DNA of 64,000 nucleotides from Polyangiaceae bacterium (GTDB lineage Bacteria; Myxococcota_A; Polyangia; Polyangiales; Polyangiaceae): NCBI GenBank assembly GCA_044224495.1, contig JBGAKG010000027.1, positions 93,521 to 157,520 of the forward strand, read 5' to 3'. Shown piece by piece: positions 10,287 to 18,920 of this stretch (position 1 is its first letter; each line of letters starts with the position of its first letter). The notes under the pieces were generated by a model. It saw only the letters and a program-made list of their open reading frames with translations, ran no database searches and was not told where the DNA came from. The position numbers and the translations under genes were made by a program.

Positions 10287-11270
10287 CTACGCCGGGTCCG
10301 CGTCGACGCTCGGCAGCTTCGGCGCGAATCGACCGTTCGCCGTGAGCGTCGCCACCCACTTCATCGGGGGCGCCGGCGGCTTCGCACGCCCTGCCGCCAC
10401 GTCCTCGATGATCGTCGCGTAGCCATCGGCGACCTCCTTCGCGAAGATCGCACCGCTCTCCGCCCGCGCGAGGTGCGGGCGGCCGGTGTAGCCCGGGAAC
10501 GGATTCAGCGCATGCCACGCGAGGCCGTGCGCCACCATCGCGAGCTCCGCCGCGAGGTCCACCTGCCCGAGCGCCTCCGCCGTGCGCGCGAGCCGCATCG
10601 TGCGCCGATCGGCCACGAGCGGCGGACACGGCGGAAGATCCCCGTGGATCGCGCCGACCGTGTGCGGGGCGTAGTGCATCGTCATCGACGTCTCGAAGAA
10701 GCCGGCGTGGAAGTCGTAGCGGAGCCCGGCGATCATCTCGTCCCGGAGCGCGCGATCTTCGATGTGGTCGAACGCACGCGCGAAGCGGGCGCCCTCGAGC
10801 TTGCATTGCTCCCGCATCGCCGCCGCGAACGGGTTGAGCGCGACCACGCCGCGCGCGCGGAGCCACGCGAGGCCGGGCTCGATCGCGGTCGAGTGCAGCG
10901 GCGCGCCGTGCCACGTCATCGCGATCACGGTGCGCGCGCCGAGCGCGTGGAGCCCTCGACATGCCTCGAGCACGACGTCGCGCACGACCGCGAAGGGAAC
11001 GAAGCGCGTCCCGGGTCCCGGCGTGGGATCGACGCCGACCTCGAGATCGCTCGCGAGCACGAACGGGTGCTTCCCACCGATCCGCGCGTGCACGTCGCGG
11101 GCGAGCCCGGTCGAGATGAGCCGGTCGTTGTGCAGCGACAGGTGAGGCCCGTGGTACTCGACCGGGTTCACGGGGAGGAAGACGGGAGCGCCGGTGGCGA
11201 GCAGCTTCCGCGCCTCGGCCACGGGGAGATCCTGGAGGTGGAGAACGCCGGCGTCCATGGGTCGATTCAT
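10287..11270 (-). CDS. creatininase (creatinine amidohydrolase) family protein
   Basis: N-terminal PVFLPVNPVEYHGPHLSLHNDRLISTGLARDV motif typical of creatininase fold; ATG at 11270 chosen by codon count. Confidence 0.7.
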   Translation of the reverse strand: MNRPMDAGVLHLQDLPVAEARKLLATGAPVFLPVNPVEYHGPHLSLHNDRLISTGLARDVHARIGGKHPFVLASDLEVGVDPTPGPGTRFVPFAVVRDVVLEACRGLHALGARTVIAMTWHGAPLHSTAIEPGLAWLRARGVVALNPFAAAMREQCKLEGARFARAFDHIEDRALRDEMIAGLRYDFHAGFFETSMTMHYAPHTVGAIHGDLPPCPPLVADRRTMRLARTAEALGQVDLAAELAMVAHGLAWHALNPFPGYTGRPHLARAESGAIFAKEVADGYATIIEDVAAGRAKPPAPPMKWVATLTANGRFAPKLPSVDADPA

Positions 11271-11295
11271 AGCGCGATCTGGAGGAGACCGCTTT

Positions 11296-11324
11296 TTGAT
11301 GGCCGCTTTGATGGGGGTTTGATG
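11296..11324. promoter_or_regulatory. three direct repeats TTTGATG(G) phased 11 bp apart in a divergent intergenic region
   Basis: TTTGATGG / TTTGATGG / TTTGATGC at 11296, 11307 and 11318; palindrome GCGACacgaGTCGC nearby; AAGGAG RBS before ATG 11392. Confidence 0.4.
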
Positions 11325-11391
11325 CGGGGGGCCCGTAACTCTGCCCACACGACGCGACACGAGTCGCACCCACCACCAAGGAGTCACGGCA

Positions 11392-11847
11392 ATGGCACTC
11401 ACCTTCAGCGAAACCCACGCAATGTCCCTCATCCAGGCGCAGCTCGGCCCGAACGAGCGCCTCCTCCACCGCGCGCGCGGCGTCGAGAAGCCGTGGTACT
11501 CGCTGCTCTTTTCGCGCCTCGGTAGCTTCCTCTGGCGGAACTACCTGATCGCAGCGACGAACCAGCGCATCCTCTTCATCCAGTACGGCGGGCTGCTCAG
11601 CGGCTACGCGGCGAAGAAGGTCGACGCGCTCGGCTGGAACGAGGTGGACAGCACCAACCTCGGCTGGGGCATCTTCAACAAGAACCTGACCGTGAAGGCG
11701 CAGGCGCAGGGCTTCTCGAAGACGGTCGTCCTCGGCCGCTTCTGGATGAAGGACAACTTCGGCGCCGCCGAGGGCATGGTCCAGGCGCACCAGCAGGCGC
11801 GTGCGTCGCTCCCGCCGGGCCAGCAAGCCTACGCATTGGCGCGCTGA
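11392..11847 (+). CDS. hypothetical protein (bacterial PH-domain-like)
   Basis: 151-aa ORF with strong AAGGAG RBS; resembles bacterial PH/YokE-like small proteins; 3' end overlaps sensor kinase 3' end (convergent). Confidence 0.55.
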   Translation: MALTFSETHAMSLIQAQLGPNERLLHRARGVEKPWYSLLFSRLGSFLWRNYLIAATNQRILFIQYGGLLSGYAAKKVDALGWNEVDSTNLGWGIFNKNLTVKAQAQGFSKTVVLGRFWMKDNFGAAEGMVQAHQQARASLPPGQQAYALAR

Positions 11848-13625
11848 ACCAACGCGCTCTCGCCGAGGAGCCGGCCGAGCGATGCTTCCAGATCGCTCGG
11901 CGCGAACGGCTTCCCGAGGAACACGACGCGCTCGTCGCGTACGATCTCGTCGGCGAGCGCGCTCTCGACGTGACCGCTCACCATCAGGACGGGGAGCGTG
12001 CGGTCCTTCTCGCGGAGCCGGGCGAGGACCTTCTCGCCCGCGATCTCGGGCATCACGCTGTCGAGGACCACGCAGCCGAGGGCGGCGTGCTCGCGTTGGA
12101 GGATCGCGAGCGCTTCGGCACCGTTGCCCGCTTCGACGCACTCGTAGCCGAGCCGCTGGAGCACGCGCACGATGACCCGCCGCACGGCTGCCTCGTCGTC
12201 GGCGACGAGAGCGCGCTTCGTCGGGGCACGGGCGGCGAGCGACGACTGCGACGGGACCTCGCGGAGGAGCGGGAACCACAAGCGCACGGTCGTCCCCTTG
12301 CCGACGTCCGACGTGATCGCGCACGCACCATCGTGGTTGTGGACGGTCCCGTGGACGGCCGCGAGGCCGAAGCCGCTCGTCGCCTCGGGCGCCTTCGTCG
12401 AGAAGAACGGCTCGAAAAGCCGCTCGAGCGTCGCCTCGTCCATCCCGCGCCCGGTGTCGGTGAGGGAGATCTCGACGTAGTCGCCGTTCAAGGTCCGCGC
12501 CGCGGGAGGTGCGTCGGTCTCGGGAAAGGTGACGAGCGTGCTCGCGATCGTGATCTCGCCGCCGCCGGGCATCGCATCCACGGCGTTGGCCACGAGCTTG
12601 GCGAGCGAGCTGCGGAGGAGCTCCTCGTCGCCCCGGATCTTCGCGTCCGCGGCACCGAGCGCGGCCGACACGCGAACCGTCGAAGGGAGCGCCCCCCGGA
12701 TCCGAACGACGGCGTTCGTGAGCATGTCGTCGACCACGACCTCGGTCCGCTGCTGCGTGCCCCGCGGCGAGAACGCGCGGAGCTCCTGCGAGAGCTTCAC
12801 CGCGCGCCGCCCGGCCTCGACGATCTCGCGAACCGAGGCGACGACCTCCGGGTCCGCCCCCTTCGTCTTCTCTTCGAGCCAGGCGGCGTGCGACACGATC
12901 GGCGTAAGCGCGTTGCTCAAGTCGTGGGCGACGCGCCCGGCGAGGCGACCCGTGCTCTTGAGTTGGTTCGCGTGAGCCGCAGCCCGCTCGGACGCGGCCT
13001 GCGCCGCCCGTGCAGTGCGCTCGCGCGTGAGCGCGGCGGAGAGGTCACGCGTCGTGCGCTCGAGGCGCCGGAACACGGCGAGCACGAGCGCGGTCGACAT
13101 CGCGCTCAAGACCAGGATCGCCATCGCGTAGCGGATGCCCACCACGAGCGGGACGAAGATGGTCCCGGGCTCCGCCCCCGTCGCCAGCGTGTCGCCACCG
13201 AACACCGCGACCGTCAACGCCACGAGGGTGGCGAGCCACGCAACCAGGCCACCGCGAGGACCGTGGAAGATCGCGCTCGCCAAGCAGACCAGGCTGAAGG
13301 TGCAGCCCACGCCGACGGTGAAGCCGAGCCGCATCAACGCGAGCGCGCCGAGGCCGAACGAGCCTACGAGCATCGCCGTCGTCACGCGCGGGCTCGGGAC
13401 GCGAACGAACAACGTCGCGCCGATGATCGCGAGCTCCACGGCGAGCAAGAGGAAGAAGCTCGGGCCGAACGCTCGGTGCACCCACGCGCTCACGACCATG
13501 CTCGCGACGTGGAGCAGACCGAGCGTCAGACCGAACACTCGAAGTGCTCGCCAACCCGCCGCCCGCACGTCGACGAGCGACTGCTCGACCTGAGGGTCGG
13601 ACGGCGGGCCGGAGGACTCCACCAA
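11829..13625 (-). CDS. hybrid sensor histidine kinase/response regulator with N-terminal multi-TM sensor
   Basis: ~6 predicted TM helices; H-box VAHDLSNALTPI; HATPase motifs (DTGRGMD, GFGLAAV); C-terminal receiver (ALVADDE...VLDSVMPE...LPVLMVSGH). Confidence 0.8.
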   Translation of the reverse strand: MVESSGPPSDPQVEQSLVDVRAAGWRALRVFGLTLGLLHVASMVVSAWVHRAFGPSFFLLLAVELAIIGATLFVRVPSPRVTTAMLVGSFGLGALALMRLGFTVGVGCTFSLVCLASAIFHGPRGGLVAWLATLVALTVAVFGGDTLATGAEPGTIFVPLVVGIRYAMAILVLSAMSTALVLAVFRRLERTTRDLSAALTRERTARAAQAASERAAAHANQLKSTGRLAGRVAHDLSNALTPIVSHAAWLEEKTKGADPEVVASVREIVEAGRRAVKLSQELRAFSPRGTQQRTEVVVDDMLTNAVVRIRGALPSTVRVSAALGAADAKIRGDEELLRSSLAKLVANAVDAMPGGGEITIASTLVTFPETDAPPAARTLNGDYVEISLTDTGRGMDEATLERLFEPFFSTKAPEATSGFGLAAVHGTVHNHDGACAITSDVGKGTTVRLWFPLLREVPSQSSLAARAPTKRALVADDEAAVRRVIVRVLQRLGYECVEAGNGAEALAILQREHAALGCVVLDSVMPEIAGEKVLARLREKDRTLPVLMVSGHVESALADEIVRDERVVFLGKPFAPSDLEASLGRLLGESALVQRANA

Positions 13626-13779
13626 ATCAGACTAGCGCAGTCCGCGCCCGCGCTCCTCGCGATCCAGTTGGATCCCCCCTACGGATCAGCTGCGAGCCGA
13701 TCGCCGGAAGAGCCGGGAAATCCCCCGCGAATCCCGCGTGGCATGACCGGTGCAAAGTTCGCGCGGCGGAGGCGCCCTC

Positions 13780-15720
13780 ATGTCCCGAACTCTCCTCGCA
13801 CCGCTCGCGCTCGCCGCACTGGCCGCGCTCATCGCACTGGGAAGTGGTTGTTCGGCCGCGAGTGAGGACGAGGCAACCTCGGAAGACGCGCTGAACCCTT
13901 GGTCCGACGGCGCCGGCGGTGGCCCAGCCGTATGGGAGACCGACCCCTGCGATGCCCCGCAGGCGTTCGCGAAGTCCCACGGCCTCAACTTCATCAAGGC
14001 GAGCTCGAACGCCCAACCGATCAAGGGGACGGCGGGGCGCGATCTCATCGTCGGCACGGACGGCGACGATCACATCTGGGGCGCGGGCGGCGCCGACGTC
14101 ATCTGCGCCGGCTACGGCGAGGACTGGGTCCACGGCGACGACGGCAACGACTACATCGACGGCGGCGGCGACAACGACCACCTGTACGGCGACGAGGGCG
14201 ACGATCTCGTCCACGGGCGCGGCGGGAGCGACGTGATCTTCGGCGGCAACGGCGCCGACATCCTGCTCGGCGACATCCTCGACGACAAGCTCTACGGCGA
14301 AGCCGGCAACGATCTCCTGATCGGCGGACACGGCACCGACATCATGATGGGCGGGACCGGGAACGACTACCTGCGCGGCGACACCGGCAACGACGCGTTC
14401 GTCGGGGGCCCCGGCAACGACGTCGCCAGCTTCATCACCGCGATGCCCCCCGGCCAAGGGCAGAAGGTGAACGCGCCGCCGAGCGCGATCGACGGCGTGA
14501 AGATCGACTTCACCGACGACTGCAAGGAGACCGGCTTCGGCTTCGACGACCTCCAGCGCACGACGCACGACGGGTGCGCGAACGGCGACGGCGGCAACGA
14601 GCCACTCGACGGGATCGAGGACGTCCTGGGCTCGCCCTACGACGACGTCTTCCTCGGCGGGAAGTCAGGCGTCCTCTTCCGCGGTGGCTTCGGCGACGAT
14701 CACTGCGACGGAAAGCCGTGCGGGAAAGGCGACCCCGCGCCCGCCGGCACGATCTACGTGGGGATGGACGACACGCCGCGCGATCTGGGCCTCGTGGTCC
14801 GCGGCAGCGACCAATCCGACGTGCTCGACATCGCGGCGCAGAACGGGAAGCTCGTGGTGCGCGTGAAGAATGGGCGCCCGATCACGACGAGCGGCGGCTG
14901 CAACGCCTCCGGGGCGACCGTCACGTGCTTCGCGCTCCACACCGTGCGGTTCATCGCCGCGTGGATGGGGAACGGCAACGACGTGCTGAAGCTCGAGAGC
15001 GAAGTCGCCGGCTCCGGCCCGTTCCCGCGCGACATCACCGCGCACGCGAGCGGCGGCGAAGGCGACGACTGGCTCCACGGCGGCAACGAACAGGACGTCT
15101 TCTTCACCGGCCCGCGCGGAGCGGACCACCTGTTCGGCAACGGCGGGAGCGATGCGCTCCTCTCCGAGAGCCGCAAGTGGCCGGGGAAAGACTGCTCGAA
15201 CCTGACGCCACAGCAGAAGCACGCGAACCCGTTCTGCGACGAGAACAAGCCCGACGGCGCGAGCTACGACGACGGCGCCGACGAGCTGCGCGGCGGTCCG
15301 GGCGACGACCAGCTCGTCACGGACTACCCCTGCGGCGGGCACGTGAACTCGGGCGGCGGCGGGAAGGACATCGCCGGGTTCGCGCGGAGCGGGCGCTTCG
15401 ATCTCGTCGCCCAGCTCGCGGGGAAGGCGACGATCGAGAAGGCGTTCCACGGCATGGCGTACAACCCGCAGCTCTGCGGCCTCGGGAAGGCGACGAAGTT
15501 CGAGGACGATCTCGAGATCCTCGAAGCCGCCGACGGCGACGACGAGCTCTGGGGCAACGACGCACCGAACGTGATCTGGGGCCGCGAGGGCGACGATCAC
15601 CTCCACGGCCTCGCCGGCAACGACGTGCTCGAAGGCCTCTTGGGTCAGGACAAAGTCTGGGGCGGCGCCGGCGACGACGTGATCACGGGCGCGGAGGATT
15701 CGTACCCGGACGCGGACTGA
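13780..15720 (+). CDS. RTX-like calcium-binding repeat lipoprotein
   Basis: Lipobox LGSGCSAAS; many GGxGxDxL/I nonapeptide repeats (GTDGDDHIWGAGGADVI, GGGDNDHLYGDEGDDLVHG, etc.). Confidence 0.75.
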   Translation: MSRTLLAPLALAALAALIALGSGCSAASEDEATSEDALNPWSDGAGGGPAVWETDPCDAPQAFAKSHGLNFIKASSNAQPIKGTAGRDLIVGTDGDDHIWGAGGADVICAGYGEDWVHGDDGNDYIDGGGDNDHLYGDEGDDLVHGRGGSDVIFGGNGADILLGDILDDKLYGEAGNDLLIGGHGTDIMMGGTGNDYLRGDTGNDAFVGGPGNDVASFITAMPPGQGQKVNAPPSAIDGVKIDFTDDCKETGFGFDDLQRTTHDGCANGDGGNEPLDGIEDVLGSPYDDVFLGGKSGVLFRGGFGDDHCDGKPCGKGDPAPAGTIYVGMDDTPRDLGLVVRGSDQSDVLDIAAQNGKLVVRVKNGRPITTSGGCNASGATVTCFALHTVRFIAAWMGNGNDVLKLESEVAGSGPFPRDITAHASGGEGDDWLHGGNEQDVFFTGPRGADHLFGNGGSDALLSESRKWPGKDCSNLTPQQKHANPFCDENKPDGASYDDGADELRGGPGDDQLVTDYPCGGHVNSGGGGKDIAGFARSGRFDLVAQLAGKATIEKAFHGMAYNPQLCGLGKATKFEDDLEILEAADGDDELWGNDAPNVIWGREGDDHLHGLAGNDVLEGLLGQDKVWGGAGDDVITGAEDSYPDAD

Positions 15721-17365
15721 CCACGTGCCGAGCGTGCTCGCGCACGATCCCGACCGCGATGCGCTCCGCGAGCGCCGAGATCGTGAGCAGCGGCGTCACG
15801 CCGAGCGAGCGCGGGACGATCGCACCGTCCGCAACGTAGAGACCGAGGTGCACTCGGCCTTCGGGATCGAAGACGCGCCCGCGGTCGTCCACCGCGCCGT
15901 GATCCACGTCGTCCCCCATCGGCAGCCCGCCGAGCGGGTGCACCGTCATCTGGCGCTCGCCGCCCAGGAGCGTGCTGCGCGGGTTCGGCGCGAAGATGCC
16001 GCCGTGCGCCTCGGTGAGCGCGAGCATCTCGTCGGTCATCGCGGCGAAGCAGCGCTCCTCGCCGACGCCCTTCCACGCGACGTGCACCCGATCGTCGTCA
16101 TCGTCGAGGACGAGCCGCCCCGTCGCCGAGTCGTGACCGCACGCGAGGAACAGCATCGAGTGGTTGAGCGCCCCGTCGGGATCGGGACCGCTGAGCGAGA
16201 GGAGGTCGCGCTGGATGAGCGCGCGCTGGCGCGCGTCGGCCGAGACCATCCCCCACGCGCCGAAGACGCGTGACACCAGCGTCGCGAGCGCGGTCGGGAT
16301 CGCACCTTGGAGGAGTAGGAAGCGCTCCTGGAGGTTCTTCGGGGGACCGCGGCGGAAGTCCCCGTACGAGCTGATCGTCGTCCCGACCGGCCAGCCATCG
16401 CGCACGCCGTTCACGGTCGCGCCGTAGCCGAGCACGTCGGTCCGGGTACGCCCGGCGTACGAGAGCGCCATGATGTCCGCGTTCCCGGAGAAGCGCGCCC
16501 CCACCATCTTTCCGAGCGGGAGCCCCGCGCGCTGGGACCGGAGCAGGATCTCGGTCGAGCCCATCGAGCCGGCGCCGAGGACGACGACCCGCGCGCGCAC
16601 GGTCCCCTCGCGCTCGGAGTCCACGAAGCGAAACGCGAGCTCCCAGCCGGACTCTGCGGGCGCGATCGTGCGCACCTCGATCCCGGTGAAGATCTTCGCT
16701 TTGTGGTGCTTCGCGAGCGGCAGGTAGTTCGTGGCGAGCGTGTTCTTCGCGCCGACGTTGCAGCCCGCCACGCAGTCACCGCAGTGCGTACACGGCGCGA
16801 GCGTGACGCCGTGCCGCTCGTGCGCGTGCCGGCTCACGTTCAGCTTCATGAGCCCATGCGGGACGCCGCGGCCGGCGACGAGCTCCTTGTGGAGCATCAC
16901 CTTGCGCATCCCCTCGAGCCCCGCGTCCGAGTAGGCGCCGAGCATCTCCTCCGCGCGGTCGTAGTGCTTGGCGAGGTTGCCCTTCGCCCACGAGGCGCGG
17001 ATCGCGGCGGGCCACTCGGGTTGCTCGAAGACCGCTTCTTCGGGCCGGAGCGAGATGCCGGCGTTGATGAGCGAGGTGCCCCCGAGTCCGTTGCCGACGA
17101 CGACGTCGAGATCGTTCGCGAGCTGGACGTTCGCGTCGAAGAGGCCGAACGGGTTGAGCGGCGAACGCACCGCCTTCGCGACGGCGGTCTCGTCGGCCGG
17201 GAACTCGCCCGGCAACCACTCGCGCCCCCGCTCCAGCACCGCGACGGAGACGCCCGCCTGCGCGAGACGCGCCGCCGTGATCGACGCGCCGTAGCCGGAG
17301 CCGACGACGACCGCGTCGTAGTGATACGCGAGCTGCGTGGGCGGCGAAGCGAGGTGCTTCGTCAC
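15683..17365 (-). CDS. GMC family FAD-dependent oxidoreductase (no signal peptide)
   Basis: N-terminal YHYDAVVVGSGYGASITAARLAQAG FAD-binding fold; GMC C-terminal region (HPLGGLPMG); GTG start at 17365 overlaps TGA of the upstream cytochrome c gene (GTGA). Confidence 0.8.
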   Translation of the reverse strand: MTKHLASPPTQLAYHYDAVVVGSGYGASITAARLAQAGVSVAVLERGREWLPGEFPADETAVAKAVRSPLNPFGLFDANVQLANDLDVVVGNGLGGTSLINAGISLRPEEAVFEQPEWPAAIRASWAKGNLAKHYDRAEEMLGAYSDAGLEGMRKVMLHKELVAGRGVPHGLMKLNVSRHAHERHGVTLAPCTHCGDCVAGCNVGAKNTLATNYLPLAKHHKAKIFTGIEVRTIAPAESGWELAFRFVDSEREGTVRARVVVLGAGSMGSTEILLRSQRAGLPLGKMVGARFSGNADIMALSYAGRTRTDVLGYGATVNGVRDGWPVGTTISSYGDFRRGPPKNLQERFLLLQGAIPTALATLVSRVFGAWGMVSADARQRALIQRDLLSLSGPDPDGALNHSMLFLACGHDSATGRLVLDDDDDRVHVAWKGVGEERCFAAMTDEMLALTEAHGGIFAPNPRSTLLGGERQMTVHPLGGLPMGDDVDHGAVDDRGRVFDPEGRVHLGLYVADGAIVPRSLGVTPLLTISALAERIAVGIVREHARHVVSPRPGTNPPRP

Positions 17366-18879
17366 TTCTTGTCCTTGTCCCACGCCCACGCGGGCCGGGG
17401 CTTCTCCGGTCCCCGGAGCTCGCACCCTTCGTTCTTCTTGAGCGGCCCGTCGGGGACGAGGTAACCGTCGTTCACCTCGGGGCGACCCGTCACCGCGGTC
17501 GGGCCCTTGCAGCCCTGAGCGATCCACGTCGCGAGGATCGACATGGCGTCGTCATCCATGCTCGGCAGCCCGATCGGCATTCCGAGCATCCCCTTCGGGT
17601 ACGACGGACGCTCGTAGTCGCCGAAGGCCGGCACGTGGTCCCGCTGCTCTTCGATCCGCCGCTGCAGCATCACGACGAGCACGTGCGGCATGGCCTCGCC
17701 GGGGCGCGGTTGGAAGATGGAGTAGCGCTTGCCGTCGGGTCCGACGGCGCCGTTCACCATCGACTCGTACGTGCGGAGCGCGAGCCCGATGCCGGCGTAG
17801 CCGAAGCCACCGTGGTTGCCGGGGCCCGTGTCCTTCTCGTAGTCGTTCATGTGGCAGTGGACGCAGACCTTGCCGAGCACCTTCTCCTTCATCTCGGCGT
17901 ACGGCACGGGGCGCTCCAAGAGCGCGGGCGGCTTGAGCTCGTAGGTGGCGGGCGCCGGCTTCAGCTCGGGATCGCCGAACCAGAGGTAGTCGCGGATGGC
18001 TTCGGCTTCGCCCACGGTCAGGCCGCTCGCCGGCATCGTCGTCTTCGGTGTGATCGCCTGCGGCGCCATCAGCCAGCTCACGATGACGTCGCTCCGGGTG
18101 CGGTCCTTCGCGAAGCGGAGGTTCGGCGCGAGCGCGTTCGCCGCGCGCGCGGCCTCGAGGGTCTCGCGCGTCATCCCGGTCGCGAGGTTGCCGTACGTGT
18201 GGCACGCCACGCAGCCCTTGCCGAGGAAGAGCTTCTTCCCTTCTTCGAGCCGCGCCGCATCCGGCTTCGCGGGCGCGGTGGGAGCGACCCAGCCCGGCGC
18301 CCACGGGTCCGGCGCGTCCGCGATCGCGGCGAAGTAGCGCGCGACCTGGCGGATCTCCGCGTCGGTGAGCTTGTGGCGGAACATGCTCTCCTCGAGCGTG
18401 GGCCGCTGGTCGTACGGCTCGTGGAGGAACGAGTCGATGTACTCTGCACGCACCCGCTTGCCCACGCCGGTGAGGTCGGGGACGCGCTCGAGGTGGACGA
18501 TGTTGCGCTGGTAGCGCTGGATGATCGGCTCGCCGTACTTCGAGACGATGTCCTTGTACTGCTTGTCGTCCGGCTTGAGCCCCGAGAGCCAGAGGTGGCA
18601 GGACGTGCACCCGTTCGGGCGCGATGCCGCCGGAAGATCGTCGATCTCGTGGCAGCGCCGACACTCGTGCTTGATCATGACGGCCTTGCCGTCGGCGATG
18701 GCCTTCTCTTTGGTCGCAGCCTCCCACGTCACGGTCGGGACAGGCGGAGCGACGGTGCTCGCGGTCGAGGCAGAGGCCTTGGGGGCCGCGTCGGCGGCGC
18801 CGGAGTTCGTCTTTCCGCAAGCAGCGGCCACGGCGGCGAACGCCATCGCAGCGAGGAGGGCGACGCGAAGGTGATTCAC
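17362..18879 (-). CDS. tetraheme c-type cytochrome lipoprotein
   Basis: Four CxxCH motifs (CRRCH, CTSCH, CVACH, CVHCH); signal peptide with lipobox AAVAAACGK; GTG start at 18879 assigned by frame; upstream part of the long track ORF rejected as Arg-rich. Confidence 0.7.
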   Translation of the reverse strand: MNHLRVALLAAMAFAAVAAACGKTNSGAADAAPKASASTASTVAPPVPTVTWEAATKEKAIADGKAVMIKHECRRCHEIDDLPAASRPNGCTSCHLWLSGLKPDDKQYKDIVSKYGEPIIQRYQRNIVHLERVPDLTGVGKRVRAEYIDSFLHEPYDQRPTLEESMFRHKLTDAEIRQVARYFAAIADAPDPWAPGWVAPTAPAKPDAARLEEGKKLFLGKGCVACHTYGNLATGMTRETLEAARAANALAPNLRFAKDRTRSDVIVSWLMAPQAITPKTTMPASGLTVGEAEAIRDYLWFGDPELKPAPATYELKPPALLERPVPYAEMKEKVLGKVCVHCHMNDYEKDTGPGNHGGFGYAGIGLALRTYESMVNGAVGPDGKRYSIFQPRPGEAMPHVLVVMLQRRIEEQRDHVPAFGDYERPSYPKGMLGMPIGLPSMDDDAMSILATWIAQGCKGPTAVTGRPEVNDGYLVPDGPLKKNEGCELRGPEKPRPAWAWDKDKK

Positions 18880-18920
18880 GCCCGAGATGCTAGCAAACAA
18901 AGCGCGCCGAGCGACGCCGC

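Noticed and set aside
10189-12324. 711-aa minus-strand ORF covering creatininase and PH-like genes
   Set aside because: Arg-rich junk. Conflicts with well-supported genes in other frames.
11970-13865. 631-aa + strand ORF antisense to the sensor kinase
   Set aside because: Low-complexity. Kinase motifs unambiguous on the minus strand.
13899-15839. 646-aa alternate-frame ORF within the RTX lipoprotein gene
   Set aside because: Arg-rich frame-shifted reading of the Gly/Asp repeat gene.
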